DNA of 64,000 bases, taken from assembly GCF_009914755.1 (NCBI RefSeq), contig NC_060927.1; one strand, written 5' to 3'. Below, piece after piece: positions 12,296-28,230 of this stretch (its first letter is position 1; every line of letters starts with the position of its first letter). The notes below the pieces were generated by a model. It searched no databases and had not been told where the DNA came from. It saw only the letters and a program-made list of their open reading frames with translations. The DNA comes from the human T2T-CHM13v2.0 reference genome, Homo sapiens. The position numbers and the translations under genes are program-made.

Positions 12296-14892
12296 ATTGA
12301 GAAAATTCCTTTAGTTTTCTTCTCCTCTGTATTGGGAAAATGATGAATTTCAAATGAATGTAGTAGCTGGATACTTCTGTTTCGCCAATGAAGGACATTC
12401 TGTGGAGCATGGCTTGTGCTAGCACAGTTCCTTGTGCATGTCGTAGTAGCTACTAAATGAGGGATGGTTGTTTTAGGAATATGACAGCATTCAGAGTGCC
12501 AGAGAAACCTTGTTGATTGGGCAGGATGGTGTGTAGTGTGGGGTGTTCAGTTTTGTGATTTCTTCTCACATTCTATAGTGATATTCCAATTCTCTCTATA
12601 TAAAATTTTAAGGAATTCATCTGTTTTATAAGTCGAAGGGTACTTTCCTTAGACTGTAATGAATTTTTAATGAATAAACTTATGTTACCACTTAAGAAAA
12701 AAACATGGCTAAAGTAAGTATGAACCATATGGAAATTAGGTTGGGTCATCTGAGATCTTTAAAACTTTGCAGTTGGCTTTAGAGATTTAAAAATCATAGT
12801 TGTACATTTTGAAATCTCTTTATTTAAACAGTAAGATGCTGAAAAGACAAATACCTTTTGGGAAGCCAATCATATCCTATTGTGAATTTTAGTGCAAGAA
12901 GTAAAATTTTTTAGTTCTTTCACTGTGAATTCATTTGAAGCCGTATAATCGCTGTGAGCCTCCTAATGTTTTTTCCTTGCCTGAGGGTTCACTTTCTCCC
13001 TGCACTGCTACCTCCAGCCAGGAATACTGTTTTAGGCTTACCTGCATTTTGGCTTTAGTGTCTAGCAGTGTTTCCCTTTCACTCTTTCGGGAAATTTTCT
13101 GATTACTAGAGTAACAACTTAAACTATAACCCAATTATTGAGTACTTGCTATTGCCAGGTACTTTACTGACATTATCATTAAGCTTTCTAACAGCTCTGT
13201 GAAGGGCTATTAAATAGAGCTCTTTTCCATTGCCAGGGGCAGACACACAACTCACATTAGCTTAAGGAAAAATGGGTATTTTGAAGGGTAGTGGTGGAGC
13301 TGGCTTCACAGATGTTATCAGGAATCTTTCTCATTTCTACAGTCTCTCACCTTTTGCAGATAGATACTCTCTACGACTTGAAAGCACTACACAGACAGCT
13401 CCAGGCTTACTTCAGTCCAACTGAGCAACTCCTCTCCATGTCTCAAGAACAAGACATTGTCTTTGCTTGTATAATTGACCATTTCTAGACTGATTAATCA
13501 TTGTAGTCAGAGGGGATGAGGTACTCTTATTTGGCTAAGACTGCATCACATGTCCTTACCCCTTTGAGCTTTACCAAAGCCATACAGAATGGCGCTGAAG
13601 GTAATTCCCCAAAGGGAAAGAGGGAAGGGATGCTGGGCAGGTAGATGCTGGGTAGTGCTATCACTACCCTATTTTACAGATAAGGTAAATGAGACTTAGG
13701 AATGTAAAGGAGCTCCTTCAACGTCACAAAAATAGTAAATGATATATATGAACCACAATCTTTTGGATTCAGGCGTCGCATTATTATCTGGTAAAAAATG
13801 GCTGCTGCTCTTTACCCTTAACCCCTTTCTTGGCAGCATGTGTTCCTAATTCTCCCAATTCTTTTCACTTTTTATGGAGAGAGAAATGAACCAGGGAAGA
13901 GAATGAAGGGAAATACCACCCCCCTCTTTTTTTGGTCAATAATAATGAGGAACAGAGTATGTGTGAATCCTAAAATTGATGGGACAGCATTGTCTCATTG
14001 TAGACTAGGTGTTTGGCAGGGAGAGGGTGTGGCAGGGAAATGCAACCAACCTATAACTACTAAACCAGTTGGGGGAAGGAGATAACCTGGGTATTCAATT
14101 TTCCTATTTTGTCTCATTACTAGTATCACATTCCTTTTCTCCTGCTTATTATGGCAAAATGTACAGCTTTTCAGCACCATGTATGTTAAATAGGCTCTTG
14201 TGAACTGGCCTAGGAACCTAATTACTGTTATAGTACAGTTTCTGTGGGAAAATGAGATCTAGATGCAATAAGCTTTGGGAAATATACCCAATATGTAAGT
14301 TAGGGATTATCTGATCAGTTATCTAAAAAAGTCAGGATCTTCATTCTCTGGAGTGTGGCTGTGTTAGGGAAGTGAGAAAGGGTGAATTGGGAGATTAACT
14401 CTGAAGAAAAGGAAATAAAGATGTCAAAGGCAAACTTTGCTTGTTCTGTGTTTTATCCAAGTCTCTCATGGTGTAATTACCATTGACTTCTTAAAATGAT
14501 CTCAGATTCTCCTTTAGGTTACTGTTGTAAGTTACCATCATCTGGCATATTTCATATTAATAAATATTTTCATTTTTAATGATGTTAAAATTTATGGCTA
14601 AAATGGGTCTTTTATTCATAGGATGATTTATTCATGATGTGGCGCTTCACCATTGGAGGGTAATTGAAAGTTGGCCATGTAAGAAAGGAGTAAGTGAGAA
14701 AATAGAAAGTTCCTGGTAAAATGCTACATGTAATGGACACTCAGTGTTACTGAGCCCTCATTCTTATCTCCTTACTGTTCCACTAGTGGCAGAGTCTTTT
14801 GTTTTCATCTTGTTTTCTATGAGACATATTTGGTGATAATACAATTCATAAGATATGCTCACTTTGTTAATGTTGAGCCCCTCTATTCAATA

Positions 14893-15575
<683 letters not shown>

Positions 15576-16869
15576 CAAAACATTTTTTTATACTTGGCAA
15601 ATTTAACAGTAGATTAGAGATGGTATGTCCTATTAAAGAACTTTTCTGCACCCAGGAAAGCTATTCACTGGGCAAATGTGACTACAAAGGATAAGCAGAG
15701 TTTCTATGTATAGTGGCACAATTATAGCATGAAAATTACATGTTATATGTAATACAAATAATATATCAGTTCATAAATCAGTTTGTAATACTAAATCATT
15801 TGCTATCTATGTACCTTGTCATTTAGCATGCTACATTTTATGTATATATCTTGGTTTGTAAATCACTGTGATAAGCACATCCCCAGTAGTAGTATGGTAA
15901 GCTCCTGGCAGGCAGGGACTATATCTTTGACATCAGAGCCTATGAAGTAGAATGCTGGCCCTATGCTAGGTGTTCTGTCTGCTGAGAGGAAGATATTTGC
16001 TATTACTAATTATTTAGTTTGGTGCAACAGGCCAGAATTGTCCTAATAATGTCAGTGTTTAATTGGTGATATGTAAAATTTCTTCGACAGTTTGTAAATC
16101 AAATTAGATACTAGAAAAAAGTTTAATGTGTAAAACCATTTATTCATTTTGTTGAACATAGGAATCACTTGTGGAATGGCTTGGACACATTATAGAATTA
16201 GCTTTTTAGCAAAGTGATTAGAAGGGGTAAATCTCCTATGTCTGGTATTTGGACTTCTGCCAGTCTTACCTGTTAGGTTATACTTGACCCTAAAGAAGTT
16301 CCTAGTGGGTGTGCCAGGGAGGAGAACCAAAAATATAATGAAATTGGATAAATTCCTCAGGTAAAAGAAAAGCAGTACCAGTAAAGACCAAACCCCATTG
16401 GCACCAAAGCCCAGAAATGGAATGGAGCTAAACAATATAAAGGAAATTAGAGCAAAGTAGGAAAAAACCTTGGCAATTTAAAAATTGTGCCCAAGATAGA
16501 GAAAAGAGGAGAGAGTGTGTGTTTGTATGTGTGTCTGTCTGTGTGTGAGTAATGACAGTGATAAAGGGAGAGCAGACAAGTCTTTGAGACCTGCATAGCC
16601 ATTCTCGGGGTACTCACTGTGAAGGTGAGTAATTCTACCTGGCTCTTGAGAACATCCCTCTCTTAAGGACATGTCGAAGATTCACTGACCTGAACCCTCA
16701 ATAAAGCCTTCTGGAGAACAGTAACTAGAAGACAAGTGAAGTTCTACTCTCTTCTGTCATTTAGTCAAGTATTTATTGAGCTGCTGCTTTGTGTAGATAC
16801 TACTAAGCTGTACAATTACTGGTGCATGATATACTCAACAAATTAGTGTATAAATGAGTAAAGGAATGA

Positions 16870-17350
16870 TGCCACCTTTGCACTCATTTATTTACTGAGC
16901 ACTTATGGTATACTAGACACAAAATATTCTAAGTGCTAAGAATATAATGGTGAGCAATACAGAAATCATCCCTGCTCTCATGGAGTGTGTATATTAGTGA
17001 GAGAGACATTGCAACAAAAATATATTAATATACAATTACAAATTGGGTTAGTTTGTGAAGAAAACTAACAGCTGCTATGATATACTGTAGGAGTGGGATC
17101 AGTTTAGATTGTGTGTTCTGGGAAGGACTTTCAGTCTAAGAACTGAAGGATATGTAGGAATTAGCCAGTTCAGAATTGGAGCATTGCAAGTGGGGAAGAC
17201 AAAATCATGAAGTTTCTCAGTTTGGAAGTGGGAGGGCTGGAAGTGGGTTGGCATCCTTGGGGATCTGAAATAAGGCCAGTGGGTGGCTGGAATGTAGAGA
17301 GGGAGGAGTAAAGTTGTACAAAATGAAGTGGAGTGTTTGGGAGGGCTTCC
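16870..17350 (-). mobile_element. L2 LINE remnant
   Basis: cattcatt-type end (cactcatttatttactgagcactt) followed by a purine-rich L2 body. Confidence 0.6.
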
Positions 17351-18924
17351 AGAAGATAACTGTAATACAGGTTCCAAAACTCAGAAGTTTCATTACTCTT
17401 AATTTCGGGAATAAAATAGAGATTGATTTGTGGCTTGGAAAAAGTGAAAAAACATTGGTGAATTAGGGATAATTGGTTAATCTATACTACATGGAAGTTG
17501 GTATTGTATTGTGGAAAGAATGTGGGCCTTGGAATCAACTAACTTCATCCTATCTTTGCTTCTTAATGGTGTGTGACCTTGGATAAGTTACTAAGCCTCT
17601 CTGAGTTTCTTTTCTTTCATTTGTAAAATGGAGATAATAGTGCCCCTTTATTGAGAGAATGAAACTAAATATGTAAAATACTTAGCAAAGGGCCTAGCTC
17701 ATACTAAGCGGTCAGTAAACTACGTGGTGCTATTACTCTTACTACTATTTCTCTTCTTTCTCCTCAAGGCAGATAGACATCCGCCAGATTGTCTATAAAA
17801 TATTAGCTAGGTGAACCTGATGAACACAGCAAAAGCATGCACAAACTGGCATGCCTGTAATGACTTTAGACTATTTTATGAGTAGTCCTCAGTGAAGTGG
17901 TGGGAGTATTTCAATCTGTCCCATGATTGTTGAAAAAGCAGAATTTTTTTCATCACAAACATAAATGGAACTGTATATACTTTGGGAAAACTAGCTTTGC
18001 ATTTCAAATAAAGCATTATAAAACTAAATTTACTATGAAAAGCCATAATGTTATAGAACACACTATAGCCTTTTCAGAGAGAATCTTGCAACTGTAGTAA
18101 AATAAAGACTCCCTGAAAATGCTCACATGCCATGTTAAAGACATAGGGTTTCCTTTATTTCACATACAATTGTCTAGTTACATTTAGCACAAGTAAGATA
18201 GACCATTTGGGATAAACTGTCATGTAGGTGTCTGTGGCTGACTCTGTTATTAATATGGAAATACAGTAAGACTCTGACATAATACAAAAAATGGGTTCCA
18301 AAAACTTCAGTCATTAATGGAGGATAATCAAATAACTCCTAGCTAGCCAATTGGGAGTTCCTAGGATGTGGAAGCCAATTACCAATTGTCTTCAGGTTAT
18401 TGAGGTTATTATGGGGTATATTTGAATGCTAATGACATGTCAAAGAACTTTGATAATGACAGTGAAGATTTTTTTTGGAAAGAAAATCATTTGACAAAGC
18501 ATATTTTGACCTTTGATTTAGATATTAATTTGTAGAAAAAGGCAATATGCTATGGCTAAATTAATTTGATTATGATCCTTAAGAGATACATTTTACTTTG
18601 TGAATGCTGTATATACACATATAGGAAACTAAAAAGTTTTATGAAACAATATTCCAATATTTTCTGTTATATTTTATTTCAATTTCTGGAAAATGCTGTA
18701 GTTCACTAAACTAGTTTTATGACATAGTGGTTTACAACTTGCACTTTGAAAAACATTGCACTAAATGACTGTGTATTAAGTGATGCTTCAGAAAGGAACA
18801 ACCAGGTTACTCTAGAACCATAAGATCAGCACTATTTCACCACTAGTATATCCCATACCACTAGTAATAGACGACTAGTAGGTGGCAAGCCCATTTGGCT
18901 GCCTAGGATGGTCTTTAAAAAAGG

Positions 18925-18928
<4 letters not shown>

Positions 18929-18980
<52 letters not shown>
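18929..18980. repeat. (AT)n microsatellite, about 26 units
   Basis: Uninterrupted AT dinucleotide run. Confidence 0.97.
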
Positions 18981-18983
<3 letters not shown>

Positions 18984-19271
18984 ACATGTATATATTCACA
19001 CACATATTTACTTACAAGCTCTCACAGGAAGGATACATAAGAAATTATTACTAACCTGAATTGCCCAAGGGAAGGAGAACTGGGTATCTGGGCAAGAGTG
19101 ATAAGACACTTTAAGTGCAGTATACCCTTTTATTTTTCATTCTTGTTAAATTTGAATCCTGTGAACATATTTATTCTAAACATTAATAAATTCTGCTTCT
19201 ATGTTATTCGAGAAAGAAAATAGTAAGGTGACCAGTATGGATCAGAATTTTACAGTAAAAATTACTGTGTA

Positions 19272-19654
<383 letters not shown>

Positions 19655-20269
19655 CTAGACCAGCTATATTGACAGTGCTATGCAATGATGTTTAGGTGAC
19701 TCATTAAAAAGGGTTACTTTGTGTTTTGTGCTCTGCTTATTTATTATAGTGGGGTATATACTAGATTCTAGAAAGCTTTTTTTCCAATAGAATATGGTTA
19801 ATTTTCATGTTTCAGTGCTTATTTTTTCATTTTTAATTTCTGAATTTATTTAGAAGTAATTTCAAACTTACAGAAAAGTTGTATGAATAAGAAAAGTTCA
19901 AATAACACCTGTTCCCATAGTCACCTTTGGTCAACATTTTACCACATTTGTTTTCTCATTTTATCTACCTACCTACTTAACTATCTGATTTATTTTTTTT
20001 TTCCTGAACCATTTGAGAGAAACTTATAAATACCATGCCCCTTTCTTCATAACTACTTCAGAGTATATTTTCTAAAATTAGGGATATTCTCTTACTTAAC
20101 CACAGTACACATATCAGCCTCAGTAAATTTAATGTTCCTACCATACTTTATCTACTCTACTGCCAACTTTCCTTTTTTTGTCGGTTGACCCAGGAATATG
20201 CTTTATAGCATTTTTTTTTTTATTGCTTTTTGGCACAGGATTTGGACTAGTGTTAGGTATTGTATTTAG

Positions 20270-20577
<308 letters not shown>

Positions 20578-21641
20578 CTCTTTAGCTTCTTTTGATTGGC
20601 AACATTTCCACATCCTTTATTTCTTTTTTACAACCCTGGCACTTTTAAAGAATACACTTTTTCCTTTTCAAAAATAGAATGTTGATCATTTTGGTGTTTT
20701 CTTAATGATTAAATTCAAATTATGCATTCTCAGAATATTATATAGCTGATGTGTCTTTCTCAGGATATAACATCTGGAGACACACAATGTCCATCTAACA
20801 TGAATGATGTTAGAGAGTACTTGGTGAAGGAGTTACCTAGTTTCTACTGTATAATATTTTCCCCTTGCAACTAAGAAACAATCCATGGAAAGACATTTTA
20901 AAACCATGCAAATATACTAACCCGTAAAAATTTCCCCCTAGATTTAACATCCATGATTGTCCTTGCCTGATCCAATCTTTACTATGTTGGTTGCAAAATG
21001 CTGATTTTTCCATTGCTAGCACTTCCTCTACGTTTACCAGTCAACACTCAGCATTCTGCTTTAAGCCATAGCCCTCATTTCTCCTTTTGTTTTTTATATA
21101 AACTCATAAATTCCCCCCTCCCATGGTTCATAATTAATTACTGTGTAAAGTAGAGGATTTGATTCTGGGGTGTGTCAATGATAACTTCAAGAGGTCAGTG
21201 ATCACCTTGAAATTGTGTGCAATCTTCTGTGTTCTGGCATCTTTCTAGGGAGAGTGTTCCTGTCATCAGAATCTTGAAAGGGTTCTGGACTCAAAAGTGG
21301 AAAACATATTGAAGGGTTAGACTTTAAGCTATCTGTAATACTTACAATACATTTGTATATCCATTCCCCTGCTTTTTACCCCGAGTGATAACTGAAATGT
21401 TAGAACCGTATTGTGTGTCCCTCTGTAGTACATTCTATTTTTTGTCTTCTGTTTTTAAACCACAACTTAAAATAGTGCTGTATTTTGGTTCCTTTAAATT
21501 TTTTCCTAGAATATATAATAAATGTTAAGATCTTCATTGCCACCGTAGTAGCAGTTTATGGTGTATAGAACCAGTCTTGTGAAGCAGTGAATTACCTTGA
21601 TTTAATTTGAAATTTTAAAACCAATGTTTTTTACACTGTAG

Positions 21642-21805
21642 TTTTATTAGCTCTCTGGGAGTGAGCTACATGATGTTGTGCACTGAAAATTACCCAAATG
21701 TTCTCGCCTTCTCTTTCCTGGATGAGCTTCAGAAGGAGTTCATTACTACTTATAACATGATGAAGACAAATACTGCTGTCAGACCATACTGTTTCATTGA
21801 ATTTG
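21642..21805 (+). CDS. SEC22A: SEC22A exon 3 (longin domain)
   Basis: Acceptor ctgtAG at 21640-21641, donor TTG|GTAAGG. 164 nt, phase matches exon 2 (AA+T=Asn). Encodes [33 protein letters not shown]...RPYCFIEF, with the Sec22 AFxFLxEL and RPYxFIEF motifs. Confidence 0.97.
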
Positions 21806-22122
21806 GTAAGGGCCTGATTTTTTTTTCCTTTTTATTTTGTCTGCATCCAATCATAAGCAATTTTAAATCTAATATTGGGTGGAGGGGGGACTTCTGCTAT
21901 CTTGCTTTTGATATAATAATTTGGTAAATGATCTATAAATTATGGTAACTTTTTACTTAGATGCTTATTAGAAAAAAATTGTGTTTGAGCTGTGAAGGGG
22001 ATTGTGAGTATTGGTCCAAAGAATTAATGCCAGAGGATAACTTCTCAATGAGAAATTTATAAGCCAGAGATTCAGACTTTTGCGTTTCTGTAATAATCTT
22101 TTATAGTCTGCTTCATGTAGAA

Positions 22123-22340
22123 TAGGGGATGGCAAACATTTGCTGGAAAGGACCAGATAGTACATATTTTAGACTTTAAGGATCATATAGTCCCTGTCAC
22201 AACTATTCAGCCCTGCCGTTGTAGCTCGAAAGCAGCCATAGGCAGTACGTAAATGAGTGCAGTTATATTCTAATAAAACTTTACAGAATAGTCAGCAGGC
22301 TAGATTTGGCCTGTGGGCAGTAGTTTGCTCAACTTCTGAT
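22123..22340. mobile_element. MER58A-like hAT-Charlie MITE
   Basis: Termini aggggatggcaaac ... gtttgctcaacttctg; internal gaaagcagccatag and aataaaactttac. Confidence 0.75.
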
Positions 22341-22594
22341 GTAGAAGAAAAAAAAAAAAACACCATGTTGTAAATAGTAAAAATAAAATTCCACTTGGAA
22401 AATATTTAGGAAATGTCTTATGTTAGTTTTATTCAATTTATTCTTTAAAACCTACATTCTAATGGTGTGAGCAATAAAAAACAGATTTATAAAAACATGC
22501 AACTTCTAGTGTGTGTTCTTATGTAATTGCAGCTGGTAAATCTGACAGATTTAATATTTCATGAGATAGGAATCTCTGTAAAAATCAAGACTTT

Positions 22595-22886
22595 GGGCCA
22601 GGTGTGGTGTGGCTCATGCCTTTTATCCCAGCACTTTGGGAGGCCGAGGCAGTAGGATCACTTAAGGCCAGGAGTTCGAGACCACCCTGGGCAACATAGA
22701 CCCTGTCTGTACAAAAATAAATAAATAAACTGGGCATGGTGGCTCACACCAGTAGCCCCAGCTGCTTGGGAGACTGAGGCAGAAGGATCACTTGAGCACA
22801 GGAGTTTGAGGTTACAGTGAGCTATGATTGTACCACTGCACCCCAGTCTAGGTGACAGAGCAAGACCCTGTCTCAAAAAAAAAAAT
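22595..22886 (+). mobile_element. AluJ
   Basis: Forward Alu; TSD tcaagactttgg. Confidence 0.93.
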
Positions 22887-23186
22887 TCAAGACTTTGGTT
22901 TAAAGTTAAAGCTGTTTTTTGTTTTTGTAATTTCTTGAAGTGGATGTAATACACTTAGGTAGTGTTAAATCCTTAGTTTATTTAAAATTACTGATTTCTA
23001 GAGGGTAAAACTGATGATTCCATGATACATTAATCATTAAACACAAGTAATATTGGACTATTTCATGACGAATTGAACAATTTTGAATAATAAACTACCT
23101 GTAATATTTACTATCCATAAACATCATATTCTGAAATGATTAATTGACAAGTGACTGCAAGGAAATTTATTTTTTATTTTACATAG

Positions 23187-23381
23187 ATAACTTCATTCAG
23201 AGGACCAAGCAGCGATATAATAATCCCAGGTCTCTTTCAACAAAGATAAATCTTTCTGACATGCAGACGGAAATCAAGCTGAGGCCTCCTTATCAAATTT
23301 CCATGTGCGAACTGGGGTCAGCCAATGGAGTCACATCAGCATTTTCTGTTGACTGTAAAGGTGCTGGTAAGATTTCTTCTG
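23187..23381 (+). CDS. SEC22A: SEC22A exon 4
   Basis: Acceptor ttttacatAG at 23185-23186, donor CTG|GTGAGT. 195 nt, phase 1-1. Encodes [35 protein letters not shown]...GKISS. Confidence 0.96.
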
Positions 23382-23611
23382 GTGAGTTCTGGATCTCAGT
23401 TATTTTATTTTAAAAAAATCCTTGGGAAAAACTGAGAAACTCTTGAAAATGAATTACTTTATTCTAATATTTTAAATCAAGTACATGAGAGAATATAGAA
23501 GTTCAAAGCAATCCTTTCAGTGATTTATAAAGTAAGCTACCAGATGTGTGACTAATCGGGAAAATACTTTCAAATAGCAACCTCAGAGGATCTCTTTGCT
23601 AGAAAAACATT

Positions 23612-24977
23612 TTTTTAAATTTAAAATTAAAAAAAGTTAATTTTCATGGGTACATATTCGGTGTGTAATATATTTATGGGGTACATGAGATATTTTGATA
23701 CAGGTATGCAATGTGTAATAATCACATTAGGGTAAATGGGGTATTCATCACCTCAAGCATTTATTATTTCTTTGTGTTATAAACATGTCAGTTGTGCTCT
23801 GTTAATTTTTAAATGTACAATAAATTATTGTTGACTGTAGTCACCCTATTGTGGTATCAAGTACTAAATCTTATTCATTTTAGCTAACTGTATTATGTAC
23901 CCATTAACCATCACCCTTTCTCCCACCCCCACTACCCTTCCCATCCTCCAGTAACCAAAATTCTACTCTCTTATCTCCATGAGTTCAGTTGTTTTAAACT
24001 TTAGCTCCCACAAATGAGTGAGAATATGTAAACTTTTCTTTTCTGTGTCTAGTTTATTTCAGTTAATAAAATGTCCTCCAGTTCATCCGTGCTGTTGCAA
24101 ATGATAGGATCTCATTCTTTTTTTATGGCTGAATAATACTCTGTTGTGTATGTGTGCCACATTTTGTTAATCCGTTTGTCTGATGATGGGCACTTAGGTT
24201 GCTTCCAGGTCTTACCTGTTGTGAATATACTGCAGTAAACATGAGAATGCAGATGTCTCTTCGATATGCTGATTTCCTTTCTTTTGGGTATATAGCTAGC
24301 AGTGGGGTTGCTGGATTATATGATAGTTCTCTTTTTAGTTTTTGAGGAACCTCAAAACTACTACTGTTCTCCATAGTGGTTGTACTAATTTACATCCCCA
24401 CCAACAGTGTTCCCTTTCTTCCACGTCATCACCAGCATTCATTATTGCCTGTCTTTTGGATAAAACCCAGTTTAACTGAGGTGAAATGATGTCTCGTTGT
24501 AGTTTTGTTTTGCATTTCTCTGATGATCGGTGATGTTGAGCACCTTTTCATATACCTGTTTACCATTTGTATGTCTCTTTTGAGAAATGTCTATTCAGAT
24601 CTTTTGCCCATTTTTTAATTGGCTTGTTAGATTTTTTCATATAGAGTTGTTTGAGCTCATTGTGTATTCTAGTTATTAATCCCTTGTCAGATGAATATAG
24701 GGATTCACATTCCCTTCTCAGTTTGCAAATATTTTCTATCATTCTGTGGGTTGTCTCTTCACTTTGTTGTTTCCTTTGCTGAGCAGAAGCTTTTAAACTC
24801 AATATAATGCAATTTGTCCACTTTTGCATTGGTTGCCTGTACTTGTGGGGTATTACTCAAGAGATCTTTGCCCAGGCCAATGTCCTGGAGAGTTTCCCCA
24901 ATGTTATCTTTTAGTAACTTCATGGTTTGAGGTCTTAGATTTAAGTCTAATCCATTTTGATTTGATCTTTGTATATG
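23612..24977 (-). mobile_element. 5'-truncated L1 (L1MA/L1PB type): 3' UTR plus end of ORF2
   Basis: Minus-strand ORFs resemble the ORF2 C-terminus ([13 protein letters not shown]; YNPATPLLAIYPKE). TSD gctag(a/g)aaaacattt at 23598 and 24978. Confidence 0.9.
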
Positions 24978-25487
24978 GCTAGGAAAACATTTAAGGTTTC
25001 TTTGTAAACATTTTTCTAGAAATGAAAAATAGGTTCTTTGTACTGCATATTTATAGGCATGTAAAGTGCTTTGCATTTTGTTAAAATGGCTACATTCAAG
25101 GCCAGTGTTCTTGACTGTCACGGAAGGTGTAAATACTTTAGTGATCGTCTGCTCAAACCTCCCATCCCAAAGAAGGAATACTATCGTCAACAGTTGTGAA
25201 ATGATATAAACTTTTGCTTAAAATGAACACCTCATTATTTTATAAGGTAGCATATGCCATTGTCAGACTATTTGTTTAAGAAAATTATTCCAACCTAAGG
25301 CTTTAGGAAAAAAAAAAAACTTCCTTATATAATTGAGCTAAAGTCAGCTTCCCTATGTCTACTAGTTTGTTTTGTGATCTGTTCCTCCCTTCCTTCAGCA
25401 GAACCAGAATAACAGTTAAGTCAGCAACTGTGTGTCCTTTCCATCCTCTTAGACTAGTCTACTTCATATAAATATCTCCAATTCACC

Positions 25488-25708
25488 AATGAGAACACAT
25501 GGACACAGGGAGGGGAACATCACACACGGGGGCCTGTCAAGGGGTTGGGGGCAAGGGGAGGGATAGCATTAGGAGAAATACCTAATATAGATGATGGGTT
25601 GATGGATGTGGCAAACCACCATGGCACATGTATACTTATGTAACAAACCTGCACGTTTTGCACATGTATCTCAGAACTTAAAGTATAATAAAAAAAGAAA
25701 TAAAAATG
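25488..25708 (+). mobile_element. L1PA 3' end fragment
   Basis: aatgagaacacatggacacagggagggg ... gaacttaaagtataataaaaaa. Confidence 0.92.
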
Positions 25709-25812
25709 TAAGACAATATCAACTATAGAATACAAAGCAAACACATTTATCATTGTATATTGACAAAGGGCAAAATTTTCAATTAAACTGCAACAAACAT
25801 GCACCTTTTTGA

Positions 25813-26047
25813 ATCACGAGGTCAGGAGTTCAAGACCAGCCTGGCCAAGATGGTGAAACCCTGTCTCTACTAAAAATACAAAAATTAGCTGAGTGTGGTG
25901 GCAGGCACCTGTAATCCCAGTTACTCGGGAGACTGAGGCAGAGAATTGCTTGAATCCAGGAGGCAGAGGTTGCAATGAGCTGAGATCGTACCACTGCACT
26001 CCAGCCTGGGTGACAAAGCGAGCTCCATCAGAAAAAAAAAAAAAAAA
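25813..26047 (+). mobile_element. 5'-truncated AluS
   Basis: Starts at atcacgaggtcagg; A tail. Confidence 0.92.
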
Positions 26048-26367
26048 CTCCAGTTCACTTAGCCTTTTCATTTATGGCATTTCAAGTTCTCCCCATCCTA
26101 GAAGCTTCCTCTAGACATGCTTTAGTTTGTTAATATTCTTTAAATTTGGACTGAATACAACACTTCACATACAAATGTGGGAGAAGAGGGTAACAAATTT
26201 CATTAAAATAATCCAGTCAGTTAGTAAACAAGCAGATAACAATAACAAGCCCAGTTGGTCAGGGGTGGTAGGGGGAGAGTGGGCTAGTACCCACATTGAT
26301 ACAATATGTTATCTAAAATGTCCAATTTCCAGTAAATTATAAGACATGCAAAGAAACAGGAAAATAT

Positions 26368-26760
<393 letters not shown>

Positions 26761-27666
26761 TCAGCTGTCAGATTTAACAGACAGAGGCTTCAAAGTAGTC
26801 ATTATAATCGTGTTCAAAGACTAAAGGAAACTATTAAAGGAGTAAAGGGGGAGGTATGATAATGTTGCATCAAATAGACAATACCAATAAAGAGAAATTA
26901 TTTTTAAAAAACACAGTGGAAATTCTGGAATTAAGTAAAATTACTAAAATGAAAAATTCACTAGAAGGGCGTAACAATAGATTTGAACTGGCAGAAGAGT
27001 TAGCAATTTGAAGATAGATTGATAGAGATTATCTAATCTGAAAAACAGAAAAAAGAATGAAGAAAAATGAATGGAACCTCAAAAAAATGGGGCATGCTAA
27101 CATAGGTGTGATAGGATACCGAAGAAGAAGGGGGAGAAAAAGCAGAAAAAATATTTGAGGAAATAATGGCTGAAAAGTTCCCAGATTTACTGAAGAACAT
27201 TAGTCTGCTCTTGCAGGAAGCTCAGTGAACTCCAAATGGGATACACACGAGATCCACAAATAGATGAATCATAGTAAAATGCTGAAAACTAAAGACAAGG
27301 AGAAAGTCTTGAAATCAGCAAGAGAAAAAGAACTTGTCACTTACATGAGTTTACCTGTATAACAAACCTGTCCCTGAACCTAAAATAAAAGTTAAAAGGA
27401 AACCAAAACTCATCACTTACAGTGAACCTCAATAAGATTAACAGCTGACTTCTTAGCAGAACCAATAGAGACTAGTAGGCAATGGAATGACATACAAATT
27501 GCTGAAAGAAAGAAAATAAAAACTACCAGTAACCAAGAATCTTATATCTAGCAAAGTTATCTTTTAAAAAAATGAAGGCAAAGTAAAGATATTTACAGAT
27601 AAATGAAAGATAAGAGAATTCGTTACTAGCAGAAACACCTTATAAGAAATAATAAAGGAAATTCTT

Positions 27667-28060
<394 letters not shown>

Positions 28061-28085
28061 TTAAGTAATTAAAAAAGACAGTAAA

Positions 28086-28230
28086 GGCCCGGTGTGGTGG
28101 CTCATGCCTGTAATCTTAATACTTTGGGAGGCCAAAGTGGGAGGATCCCATGAGCCCAGGAATTTGAGGTTGCAGTGAGGTAGGCTGCCCTCCAGCCTGG
28201 GCAGTAGAGCAAGACTCTGACTCGTAAAAA
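28086..28230 (+). mobile_element. Monomeric Alu (FRAM-like or deleted)
   Basis: Single Alu monomer. Confidence 0.8.

Noticed and set aside
14779-14794. CTCF-like CCACTAGTGGCAG
   Set aside because: One base short of the CCASYAGRKGGC core spacing; just a short palindrome.
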